Notes under the pieces: generated by a model
Told to the model about the DNA's origin: nothing
The model's database searches: none
What the model saw: only the letters and a program-made list of their open reading frames with translations
Shown here: one piece after another, positions 40,043 through 48,971 of the stretch
How the letters are laid out: every line of letters starts with the position of its first letter
Numbering within the stretch: position 1 is the first letter of the stretch
Origin: Acidobacteriota bacterium
GTDB lineage: Bacteria > Acidobacteriota > UBA890 > WLXD01
Reading direction: 5' to 3'
Length of the DNA: 64,000 nucleotides
Assembly (NCBI GenBank): GCA_965248695.1
Contig: CBDFKD010000002.1
Coordinates: 4,000,001-4,064,000 of the forward strand
Made by a program: the position numbers and the translations under genes

Positions 40043-42352
40043 CTAGCGGCCTTCCACCACGCGCAACGGCATCAGTCGGACCGCCCGGCCCTCGGCGGCC
40101 GTATCCGCTACATACAGCTCGACCGTGTATTCGCCGGGGTCGAGATACGGCAGCGGCAGAACGCCGCTGTGCACGCTCAAACTCACGGGCCGCAATCCGT
40201 AAGCCGGGATATCGGCGATGGTCCTCATTGTTGCGGGATGGTAGATCGAGGCAGAAACGTAGGGGCTCGTCGCGCCGCGAACCTGAATGCTCGCGGAGAT
40301 CTGCATGCCCGCGGAAATGCTCTCGTCCAACAGGGGGGTGAGCCCGGCATCGGCGTCCACTACGCCGAGCATCGGATCCGCCATCGTCCACCCGTCGCTG
40401 GAGGGAACCCGCAACTCCAGCCTCGACGTGCCGAATCGGTCACCGCCGTCTTCAGCGATCAGCAGCCGGATATCGTAGGTTCCCGGCTCGACCGACCACT
40501 CCGTCGTGTACCGGAAGTGTCGGAACAGAGCATCGGGTGCGTACTCCGCCAGGTCGGCGCGTGGCAGAACGACGGTGTGAGTCTCGCCGCTGATCTCGCC
40601 CGCACGATTCACCGCGAGGGCATGCACGCGGAAGTACGGGATGCCCAGCACGTCGATCAGCTCGTCGGGGATATCCTCGGCGGGGTCGACTCCTGCGAAC
40701 GCGGGCGCCCAGCTACCGGTGATCGTCTCTGCGGGCCGCGGCAACGCGGCAACCAGTAGAATCTTGGGCGAGCCGTCGGGCTCAAAGCGGTGGAACGCGG
40801 CGGTGGGTACGGGGCGTCCCATGACTGAGCCCGGAAGCGCCAAGGCTGCGGCCACCCTGCGAGCCCTGAGCTGCGAATCCGGCAGCTCCCGATAGCCTGG
40901 CCGGGCGCGCACCTCCGCCTCCGGGTAGCTCACCTGCACCTCGATCTCGTGGTATCCGCCATCCTCGTGTGGTGCCGGTGGCTCATAGAAGATCAGGTAG
41001 AACTGTGTCGAGTCGTTGTACTGCTCCTCGAACGCTCGGTCGAGATCGCTCCAGCCGATGAAGGACCGTCCGCCGGTGTTGGCAGCTATGTCCACGAGCG
41101 GCACGGTGAGATCGCGATAGGCTTGCCGCACGTGGCGTCGTAGTGCGGTGGAGACCACGCCAGTGCCGACCGCGGCGCTGGTGCCGAGGTTGTTGATCTC
41201 CGAGATCGGGCGTGGATCGACCGTGTAAATGCTCACGTTGCCCGTGTTCGCCGTTTGGTACACCTCCTCCATCAAGTCGAGGACGCGCTGGCTCAGTGCC
41301 GATCTTTCCAGGGTCGAAGTGCCCGTCGGAGCGTCAACCGCCTCACGCACCGCTATTGCGAAAGCCGAGTAGGGCCCCCCGTCGGTGATCATCGCACCGG
41401 AGGAGATCCACACCAGGGCAGTGCGGCCTTCCATTGCCGACAGGGCGTTGATGAAGTGAAGAAGCGTCCGAAGTGTCTGCTCGGCGCGCCGGCGCTCGTG
41501 CGCGCCATCTAACCTGGCCTTTTGCTCGAGGCGGTCGAGAATCTGGAGCAACATGACCGGGACGAGATCGTTGGAACGCCGAGACGACGGCGAATCCTGC
41601 GCGTCGATCGCCAGCTGCATGAATGGCTGATACTCCTGCTCCATGCGGCTGAAGATAGACGTGCTCGTCGGCCCAGCCATGGCCACCGACGACGCCGCCT
41701 TGCGAAGCACTTCACGATCAGTCGTCAACGGGGCCATCTCCTGAACAGTGCCCGTGCTGTCGATCATGAACACGCTGCGCGGCACCTCCAGGTCACCCTC
41801 TCCTTCGAAGAGACTATCGAGAGAGTTGGATAGCCGCGGCTTGTTCCTTCGATCCAGGCTCGGCAAGTCGACCAGGTAGACCACAGCCCCGAGACTTGCA
41901 GGGCTTCGCCGGATGGGTGCAGGCTCGGCCGGCACCGCTGGCGCTTCCTCGCGCGCCGTGACTGTTTCGTCGTGAGAGGCCACGTTGGTGACCTCCGCTC
42001 TTGGCAGGCTGACGTACTGGACGTTCAAGATCTCTTGCTCGGCCCCATCCTCGAAGATCCGGAAGTCGTCCGCCTTCAAGTCGTCGATGAAGTTGCCGTC
42101 TCTGTCGGCAACGATGGCGTCGACGCGCACGCGCCTGACCGCCGACCGAAACATCGGCGTCTGTGCCGGAAGCGCCTCCTGAGCCAGCATCACGGAAGAC
42201 GCCGCACTCCAGCTCGCGCCGCCCACCGCGCCGGCACTCGCAACCGGTAGCCCGGTGACGGTCAACGCCAGGACGAAGCCGAAGAACCGAATTGCGTGCT
42301 CACGCTCTCTCAACGAAGGATCTCCCGCGCCCAAGGGCGCCTCACGCGTCAC
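40043..42352 (-). CDS. VWA-domain protein (Acidobacterial VWFA-related type)
   Basis: FRSAVRRVRVDAIVADRDGNFIDDLKADDFRIFEDG, GRTALVWISSG, VSIYTVDPR, ANTGG, YLIFYEP, VRARPGY; the true start may be slightly downstream. Confidence 0.85.
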   Translation of the reverse strand: MTREAPLGAGDPSLREREHAIRFFGFVLALTVTGLPVASAGAVGGASWSAASSVMLAQEALPAQTPMFRSAVRRVRVDAIVADRDGNFIDDLKADDFRIFEDGAEQEILNVQYVSLPRAEVTNVASHDETVTAREEAPAVPAEPAPIRRSPASLGAVVYLVDLPSLDRRNKPRLSNSLDSLFEGEGDLEVPRSVFMIDSTGTVQEMAPLTTDREVLRKAASSVAMAGPTSTSIFSRMEQEYQPFMQLAIDAQDSPSSRRSNDLVPVMLLQILDRLEQKARLDGAHERRRAEQTLRTLLHFINALSAMEGRTALVWISSGAMITDGGPYSAFAIAVREAVDAPTGTSTLERSALSQRVLDLMEEVYQTANTGNVSIYTVDPRPISEINNLGTSAAVGTGVVSTALRRHVRQAYRDLTVPLVDIAANTGGRSFIGWSDLDRAFEEQYNDSTQFYLIFYEPPAPHEDGGYHEIEVQVSYPEAEVRARPGYRELPDSQLRARRVAAALALPGSVMGRPVPTAAFHRFEPDGSPKILLVAALPRPAETITGSWAPAFAGVDPAEDIPDELIDVLGIPYFRVHALAVNRAGEISGETHTVVLPRADLAEYAPDALFRHFRYTTEWSVEPGTYDIRLLIAEDGGDRFGTSRLELRVPSSDGWTMADPMLGVVDADAGLTPLLDESISAGMQISASIQVRGATSPYVSASIYHPATMRTIADIPAYGLRPVSLSVHSGVLPLPYLDPGEYTVELYVADTAAEGRAVRLMPLRVVEGR

Positions 42353-42399
42353 CGCAAACTTGCCCGCTGGCGGCGCCGGTTCAACCGCCAGGCGAATCG

Positions 42400-42418
42400 T
42401 TGACTACGAATCTTCGTA
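42400..42418. promoter_or_regulatory. Palindromic operator-like site
   Basis: Perfect TACGAA-TC-TTCGTA at 42405-42418, overlapping TTGACT, in a divergent intergenic region. Confidence 0.35.
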
Positions 42419-42659
42419 TGAGTGCCACCTAGGAACAACCGGGGGACACTTGGCCGATTCTCTCAGATGCCGGCCGCGTTCCGCTGCACCGATTCCCACA
42501 ATCTCTTGGCAGCACCGATTCTATGAGTTACGAAGTGGCCTCAACACTCAAGCCCCCGGGAGACAGGGATGAAGAAGGGCGCGTGGAATCGGTACAGCGT
42601 TGGGAGTCAATGAGGCGGCAACTCGAGCCATCGGGCTGCGGCGTCACCGGGGAGGACCC

Positions 42660-44369
42660 ATGAAGACCGCGTCGGCGGCCATCCTCTTCATCGCTGTGGC
42701 CGTGGCTTCGGGCTGCGACCGTGCCGTGGTCCCCGGTGATCCCGGGGCGACGACCCCGGTCTCCGCGTTGGCACCGAACGCGACGGTGCTCGAGGCGCAC
42801 GTCCGTTTTCTCGCCAGCGACCTGCTGCGAGGCCGCCAGCCGGGGACAGCGGGGTTCGACATCGCAGCCGACTACGTCGAGAGCCACTTCCGCCAACTGG
42901 GTCTGAGCCCCGCCGGCGGCGATGGCGGCTACTTGCAATGGGTGCCGTTGCGGATCTCGCAGGCAGACACCGCCGCGGCGAGCATGGAGATCCACGCGGC
43001 CGACGGCCGTCGCGCCCTGGACTCGCTAGAGGACTTCGTCATCGACGCGGAGCCGGCCGCCGCCAGTAGCTCGGTGCGGGCGCCAGTTGTTTTCGCGGGA
43101 TTCGGCATCGAGGCTCCGGACCTCGGCGTCAACGACTACGCCGGGCTAGACGTCGAGGGGAAGGTCGTGCTGACCCTCGTCGGTGCTCCGGGCCGCCTTC
43201 CTACGGACGAGAAGGCCCATCTGCGTCGCGACGCAACCAAGGCGCGAACGGCGGAGACGCACGGCGCCGTGGGTATGCTGCGCGCGCACCTGGTTGGCGA
43301 CGGGCAGGCCGACCCCTTTGCTTTGGCGGCCCGTGGCGCCGAGCGTGGTTCGATGAGTTGGACGACCAGCGACGGCCGCGGGCACGATCCGACCCCAGGG
43401 CTACGAGCCAGAGCCACGGTGAGTCGAGAGACGGCCGCGATGCTATTCGAGGGAGCTGAGCGGTCCTTTGCCGAGGTCAGTGCCGCGTTCGCCGCGATAC
43501 GGGCCGGCGAGCTACCCGCGGCGGAGTCGGCGGGGTGGCTCGGAGGTGGCTTCGCGCTGCCCGCCGAGGTGAGCCTGTCGCAGACGAGCCTGCACAGCGG
43601 CTTCGAGAGCCCCAACGTGGTGGCGCTGCTGGAAGGCAGCGACCCGGAGCTACGGTACGAGCACGTAGTCGTCACCGCTCACCTCGATCACGTCGGCGTC
43701 GGCCGTCCCGACGCCACCGGCGACGACATCTACAACGGCGCCGGAGACAATGCCTCCGGTACGGCGGTGTTGATCGAGGTCGCCCGCGTGCTGGCGGCGC
43801 GACCGCCGCGCAGGTCCGTTCTGTTCGTCGCGGTTACGGCGGAGGAGAGCGGCTTGGTCGGCTCAGACTACTTCGTCCACAATTCCCCGGTGCCGGTCGA
43901 GAGCATCGTCGCCAACGTCAACCTCGACAGCGGCGTGTTTCTCTACGATTTTGCCGACATCATCCCGTTCGGGACGAAGCACTCGTCGCTCGACGCCAAC
44001 GTGCGCAGGGTCGCCGAGCGGCTCGGCCTGAGCGTCGGGACCGATCCTCTGCCGGAGGAGGCCCTGTTCACGCGCTCCGACCACTACCGCTTTGTGCTAC
44101 GGGGAATTCCGTCGGTGTTCTTCATGTGCGGCATGACGGCTCGCGACCCTGACGTCGACGGCATTACCGAGCTGCGCCGCTACGTGGCCGAGCACCTGCA
44201 TCGCCCATCCGACGAAGTCGATCTGGCATGGGACTACGCGGCCGCCGCCCGCTACGCTGCCTTCGTCGCCGAGGTCATCCGCGACGTGGCGGACACCGAC
44301 GCACGACCCACTTGGAACGAAGGTGACCTGTTCTCAAAGTACTTGAATAGACAAAGTTACGTCCGCTAA
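42660..44369 (+). CDS. M28-family aminopeptidase with PA domain, lipoprotein
   Basis: Lipobox ASGC, FLASDLLRGR, VFAGFG, DYAGLDVEGK, TAHLDH, NGAGDNASG, TAEESGL, RSDHY; GGAGG RBS. Confidence 0.92.
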   Translation: MKTASAAILFIAVAVASGCDRAVVPGDPGATTPVSALAPNATVLEAHVRFLASDLLRGRQPGTAGFDIAADYVESHFRQLGLSPAGGDGGYLQWVPLRISQADTAAASMEIHAADGRRALDSLEDFVIDAEPAAASSSVRAPVVFAGFGIEAPDLGVNDYAGLDVEGKVVLTLVGAPGRLPTDEKAHLRRDATKARTAETHGAVGMLRAHLVGDGQADPFALAARGAERGSMSWTTSDGRGHDPTPGLRARATVSRETAAMLFEGAERSFAEVSAAFAAIRAGELPAAESAGWLGGGFALPAEVSLSQTSLHSGFESPNVVALLEGSDPELRYEHVVVTAHLDHVGVGRPDATGDDIYNGAGDNASGTAVLIEVARVLAARPPRRSVLFVAVTAEESGLVGSDYFVHNSPVPVESIVANVNLDSGVFLYDFADIIPFGTKHSSLDANVRRVAERLGLSVGTDPLPEEALFTRSDHYRFVLRGIPSVFFMCGMTARDPDVDGITELRRYVAEHLHRPSDEVDLAWDYAAAARYAAFVAEVIRDVADTDARPTWNEGDLFSKYLNRQSYVR

Positions 44370-44411
44370 GCTGTTGCGGACGTGAAGAACAGGCTGCACT
44401 TCCGGGTCATC

Positions 44412-44446
44412 GGGTGGCGACGGTCCACCCTGAGCCGTCGCCGCCC
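44412..44446. terminator. GC-rich hairpin after the M28 gene (possible terminator)
   Basis: GGGTGGCGACGG / CCGTCGCCGCCC 12-bp stem with one wobble; no U-tract. Confidence 0.3.
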
Positions 44447-44487
44447 CGGATCAGGATCGAACGCGCACCCAGGAGTTTCCCGAGCCC

Positions 44488-44817
44488 ATGCTAGAAGCCC
44501 TTGAGTCCCTACAAGATCGACTGGCTCCCGCAGAAGCGATCTTCTTCACCTGGCTGACACGGGTCTTCGCCGCCGCCACGCTCGTCGGCTCCGCCTGGAT
44601 CGACGACGCGCCGCCTCTCGGTATCGTGGCGATGGTGATCGCGCTCTATGTAGGCGCTCGCGTCGCTACGCAGTTCGGCGCCCTCGTATCTGCGGCTCCC
44701 TTCCAGAACCGAGTACTGAAGACGATCTTCGCTCTTGGCTCCGTGGCTTTGCTCGTTGGCGCATTCGCTATCGTCGCCATCTTCGTCGAACGTGTGGCCA
44801 TGTTCGTGGTCGGCTGA
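44488..44817 (+). CDS. Small hypothetical membrane protein
   Basis: Three hydrophobic helices; AGGAG upstream. Confidence 0.55.
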   Translation: MLEALESLQDRLAPAEAIFFTWLTRVFAAATLVGSAWIDDAPPLGIVAMVIALYVGARVATQFGALVSAAPFQNRVLKTIFALGSVALLVGAFAIVAIFVERVAMFVVG

Positions 44818-44888
44818 GGATCGAAGCAGCGCAACGCAAACTGAGCTGACGAGGCGCTACCCGGCGGTCTCGGCCGGACGCGCTCCAC

Positions 44889-46607
44889 TCAGGCATCCGC
44901 CGCAAGGAGGCGTCGCCTGATCTCGGCACGGCGAGTCTTGCCGCTCGAAGTGGCGGGTAGGGAGGTGACGAACTCGACACGTCGAGGGCGCGCGTGTGCC
45001 GCCAGCCGCGTCTTGACGAAGTCCTGCAGTTCGGCGGCCAGCTCGTCATTCGCGTCGAAGCCCGGCTTGAGCCGCACGCACGCGGCCACAATCTCGCCGC
45101 GTTGCGGATCCGGCAAGCCCACCACACCGGCCTCCATGACCGCTTCATGGGCCAGCAGAGTTCCCTCGACCTCCTCGGGTCCGAGGCGATAGCCGCTCGC
45201 CATGATCATGTCGTCGAGGCGGCCTTGAAAGACCAGAAAGCCGTCTGCATCGATGAAACCGGCATCACCGGTGCGCAGCCAGCCGTCGCCGAGCTTCTCT
45301 GCGGTCGCCTCCGGCAGATTCCAGTACTCGAGCATGACGATCGGGTCGTCACAGTGCACGGCGATCTCGCCGGAAACGCCGGGCGCGACCTCCCTGTTGT
45401 CATCGTCGACGATTCGGACACGACGTCCGACAACTCGCTTGCCGATGGCACCATCCGGCGTCTCGAACAGGGCACTGCACCCGGTGGCGATGTGATTGGC
45501 TTCGGTCTGACCGTAGATATCGTTCACGGTGGCCCCAAAGACTCTGTGGGTCCATTCCAGAACCTCGGGAGGAGAGACCTCACCGCCGGTCATCACCGAT
45601 CGGAGAGCGAAGCGAGCCGCCCGTGCCGGGGGTTCGGCGCGCATACGTCGCAGCGCCGCAGGAGCGAGGAACGGACAGGTCACCTGGTGATCGGACAGGA
45701 TCCTGTATGCCCCCTGGATGGAGAATCGCTCCACACTGGCAACGACAGGGCACCCGAAGTAAAGCGCCGGCAGGACCACCTCGGCCAGCGACGCCACCCA
45801 CGACCAGACCGACGGAGTCCAGAAGACGTCCCCCGGGGCCGGCGCGAGGTCGAAGACCATCTGGAAGCCCGGCAGGTGGCCGATGAGGACTCGGTGCCCA
45901 TGCAGTACCCCCTTGGCGGACCCCGAGGTGCCGGAGGTGTAGAAGAGGATCGCGGGGTCGTCGGGCTCGCTGGCCTGGCATCGGAGCTCGCCGACGTCTT
46001 CGGCCGGCGCGCTGAGCTCGGCGAAGGGCAGGGCGCCCCGAACCGTCGCGAACGAGCTCGAGTCGAGCTCCAGCTTCGCGTCGGCGCGACTCATCGCAAC
46101 GGCGACGTGCTCGAGAGCGGGTAGTCGTTCCGATCTGTCCACGCCCTCCATCGCGTCGAGCTTGGCGGCCCCGGCGAGGTCGGTTACCAGGACACGGGCG
46201 CCACAGTCGTCGAGTCGGTGGGCCAAGCCCTCCGTCCCGTAGAGCGACGCGATCGGAACCGAGATCGCCCCGATCATGAAGCAGGCAAGGTGAACCGCCA
46301 GCGTGTCTGCGCCTTGCTCCAGCGTGATCGCGACGCGATCGCCGACACCGATGCCGCGTCGCTGCAATCCGACCGCCAAGCGGGCCGATAGGACCTCGAG
46401 CTCCCCGAAGCTGACGATACGGTGGCCGTTCTCGGGATCGTCCTCTATTACGGCCGGCGACTGCGGGGTCGAGCGAGCATGGCGACCACACACCGCTTCG
46501 GCGATGTTGAAGCGCTGTGGGATACGCCATCGGAACTGGTGCGCCAGCGCCTCGTACGACTGCGTGTGTCTGTGTATCTCGGTGGGACAGTCGGCCATGA
46601 GGTGCAT
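44889..46607 (-). CDS. Acyl-CoA synthetase (AMP-forming, acetyl-CoA-ligase-like)
   Basis: YTSGTSGSAKG, IYGQTE, LRTGD, GRLDDMIMASGYRLGPEEVE, SGKTRR. Confidence 0.92.
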   Translation of the reverse strand: MHLMADCPTEIHRHTQSYEALAHQFRWRIPQRFNIAEAVCGRHARSTPQSPAVIEDDPENGHRIVSFGELEVLSARLAVGLQRRGIGVGDRVAITLEQGADTLAVHLACFMIGAISVPIASLYGTEGLAHRLDDCGARVLVTDLAGAAKLDAMEGVDRSERLPALEHVAVAMSRADAKLELDSSSFATVRGALPFAELSAPAEDVGELRCQASEPDDPAILFYTSGTSGSAKGVLHGHRVLIGHLPGFQMVFDLAPAPGDVFWTPSVWSWVASLAEVVLPALYFGCPVVASVERFSIQGAYRILSDHQVTCPFLAPAALRRMRAEPPARAARFALRSVMTGGEVSPPEVLEWTHRVFGATVNDIYGQTEANHIATGCSALFETPDGAIGKRVVGRRVRIVDDDNREVAPGVSGEIAVHCDDPIVMLEYWNLPEATAEKLGDGWLRTGDAGFIDADGFLVFQGRLDDMIMASGYRLGPEEVEGTLLAHEAVMEAGVVGLPDPQRGEIVAACVRLKPGFDANDELAAELQDFVKTRLAAHARPRRVEFVTSLPATSSGKTRRAEIRRRLLAADA

Positions 46608-46658
46608 TCGGGTACCAGGACGGGCGCGGTGTAGCCCTTATCGGCGCATCCGGTTCGC

Positions 46659-47813
46659 TCAGTTGGACGGAGCGAGGATCTCTCTCAGGCGATCAGCGAC
46701 AACCAGCTCCTGTCCGTCAAGCATCACGTCGACGGCCACGACGAGATTGTCGTGGTGAATCATCGTTGCGATGCTCGGCTCACCGCGCAGCAGCTCGTTG
46801 TTTACCGCGTGAGCCGTGGTCCCCGCCTCGCTATCGAAGGTCAAGGTGACACAGTTCACCGGTTGTTCAAGCACGGTTTCCTCCATCGTGAAATAGCCTG
46901 GCTGCGCCGTGACTCCCTTGATCTGCCCGAACCGAGCCCGTTCGAGGAGCCGATCCACCCTCTGCGCGTAGCCCGCCCAACGTTGTGCCGGATCGATCGC
47001 CAACCACTCTTGCAGCGCCACGACCACGCCGACGATGATCTGTCGGTCCAGCTTGAAGGGTCGCCCGAAGGTTCGGTAGTCACCCGATTCGTAGCCCGTA
47101 AAGTCGAGACCGGCCACGGCGTTGATCAGGTCCTTGCGTCCGCAGATGAAGCCGCCAGCGTTGGGGCCGCCGAAGTACTTGGCGCTGAAACAGACCAGGT
47201 CGGCGCCCGCGGCACTGAAGCTGCGCATCGTCTCGGCCGAGTCGATCATGTAGGCGGCGTCGACCAGCGTCGGAACACCATGCCTGCGGCTGAGCTCTGC
47301 CACCTCGGTCAGCGGCAGCGTTCCCGCCTGTCCCTCCAGATGTGCCGGGAACACCACCACGGCCGCGCGGCGGTCCAACGCGGCTTCCAACTGCGCGGCA
47401 GTCGTTTCATGCTCGTTGCCAACCTGGCGCAGCGTCGCGCCCGTCATTCGGGCACAGCGATCGTACATGTAATGGTGAGCCCGCTGGATGACGATCCGAT
47501 CGGGGATGCCTGTGGTGTCCGGCAGCTGCTCCCATTTGTGCCCGTCCATGCCGGTCATGCAGGCTGCGGTCCCCAGGGTGATCGCAGCGGAGGCTCCCGA
47601 AGTGACACGTGCCGCCTCGGCGCCGACGATCTCGGCCAGCGTCTCGCCGGATCGGTCGAGCAGCTCGGCCAGGCTGACGAAGGATCGGTTGCTCTCCTCC
47701 ATCGCCGCCCACACCGTTGGCGAGAGTATGGAGCCGCCGAGCCCCGTATAGACCCCGCATGCGTTGATGACGGGCGTGACCCCTAGCCTCTCGTACAGTT
47801 GATTCTGGTCCAT
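46659..47813 (-). CDS. SelA-like/DgaE-like PLP-dependent enzyme
   Basis: LGVTPVINACGVYTGLGGS, VTSGASAAI, LVDAA, GADLVCFSAKYFGGP, GRPFKL; lacks the SelA N-terminal extension. Confidence 0.85.
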   Translation of the reverse strand: MDQNQLYERLGVTPVINACGVYTGLGGSILSPTVWAAMEESNRSFVSLAELLDRSGETLAEIVGAEAARVTSGASAAITLGTAACMTGMDGHKWEQLPDTTGIPDRIVIQRAHHYMYDRCARMTGATLRQVGNEHETTAAQLEAALDRRAAVVVFPAHLEGQAGTLPLTEVAELSRRHGVPTLVDAAYMIDSAETMRSFSAAGADLVCFSAKYFGGPNAGGFICGRKDLINAVAGLDFTGYESGDYRTFGRPFKLDRQIIVGVVVALQEWLAIDPAQRWAGYAQRVDRLLERARFGQIKGVTAQPGYFTMEETVLEQPVNCVTLTFDSEAGTTAHAVNNELLRGEPSIATMIHHDNLVVAVDVMLDGQELVVADRLREILAPSN

Positions 47814-47834
47814 CCGTTCCGAGCCTCTCTTCTA

Positions 47835-48971
47835 CTACGCGGTTACCTGGTCGATGATCGTCAAGGCTCGCTGAATATCCTCTTCGCCGTTGAAGAGATG
47901 AGGCGAGAACCGAACAAAGTCGTTGCGCGGCGACGACAGTACATTGCTCGCCTTCAAGCGTTGTGCGATCTCTGCGTTGTCGCCGTCGAAGCGAGCCGCG
48001 ACGATCGCGCTCCGCTCGGCAATCGACTGCGGCGAGACGATCTGAATGCCACGTTCCAGGAGTCCGTTCCTGAACATCGAAGTAGTCTCTCGATTGTGCT
48101 CAGCGATCTTGTCTATCGACACATCCAGCAGATACGCGAGTGATTCACACGCCGCGATGGCAGCCCCGTAGGACATGGTGCTGAACTCGAAGCGGCTCGC
48201 CGAGGGCGGATACTCGAGTCGATCTGCCTGGAAATCCCACATGTCGCTGTGGCTGCGCCATCCGACGATTCCCGGATCGAGCGTCTGCAGAGCCGGCGCC
48301 ACATACATCACGGCCGCACCGAAGGGCCCGCATAGCCACTTGTAGGTGGAACAGGCCGCCGCGTCGATGCCCATCGCCTGGACATCAATGGGTATCTGGC
48401 CGGCGGACTGGGTTGCGTCGACGATCAGCAGCGCGCCGTGTTCGTGCGTCGTCGTGGCGATTCTCTGCAGGTCGTATCGCTGGCCGGCGCCGTACTCGAC
48501 GTGCGACAGGCATACCACGGCGACATCGTCGTCGATCTCAGCCAGTATCTCTTCGGTGCGGACGTATTGATCCTCCGCGGCTACCCAGCGCATGGCAGCA
48601 CCCGTGTGCGCGGCGACTCGTACCCAGGGGTAGATCGTGCTCGGATGGCATATGCGAGTGGCGACGATGCTCGTACCTTCTTCCGGGGCCAGGGCCCAGG
48701 CCAGAGAGCTCATCAGGATGGTCTCGCTAGACCCGATCGCGATGTCCTCGGGCCGGCCGTTGAACAGCCTGGCAGCCTGCCGATGGAAGTTGCTGAAGAC
48801 GTTCTCCTCGTCCGACTCATCGAACGATCCGGTGCCTTCCTCGGCGAGTCGCCGCTGCCAATCGATTGCAGAATCCGCTGCTCCCCGATGCATCAGCGAG
48901 ATCGAGGCCGAGTCCAGGTACGTGCTCGCCGCGGCGGCGGGGAATACGTCGGTTCCTGCGAGCGGCCTCAT
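47835..48971 (-). CDS. Class V PLP-dependent aminotransferase-fold enzyme
   Basis: YLDSASIS, VDATQSAG, STYKWLCGPFG, RFSPHLFN; ATGA overlap with the upstream gene. Confidence 0.88.
   Translation of the reverse strand: MRPLAGTDVFPAAAASTYLDSASISLMHRGAADSAIDWQRRLAEEGTGSFDESDEENVFSNFHRQAARLFNGRPEDIAIGSSETILMSSLAWALAPEEGTSIVATRICHPSTIYPWVRVAAHTGAAMRWVAAEDQYVRTEEILAEIDDDVAVVCLSHVEYGAGQRYDLQRIATTTHEHGALLIVDATQSAGQIPIDVQAMGIDAAACSTYKWLCGPFGAAVMYVAPALQTLDPGIVGWRSHSDMWDFQADRLEYPPSASRFEFSTMSYGAAIAACESLAYLLDVSIDKIAEHNRETTSMFRNGLLERGIQIVSPQSIAERSAIVAARFDGDNAEIAQRLKASNVLSSPRNDFVRFSPHLFNGEEDIQRALTIIDQVTA

Noticed and set aside
44330-44385. AT-rich tail of the M28 gene with ACGTCCGC/GCGGACGT hairpin as an insertion junction
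   Set aside because: No matching second end or duplication found; too short to support.
46659-47813. Selenocysteine synthase selA / selenium system
   Set aside because: Shorter SelA-like type without the N-terminal domain; no selB, selD or tRNA-Sec in the window, and no in-frame TGA in a gene that would suggest Sec.
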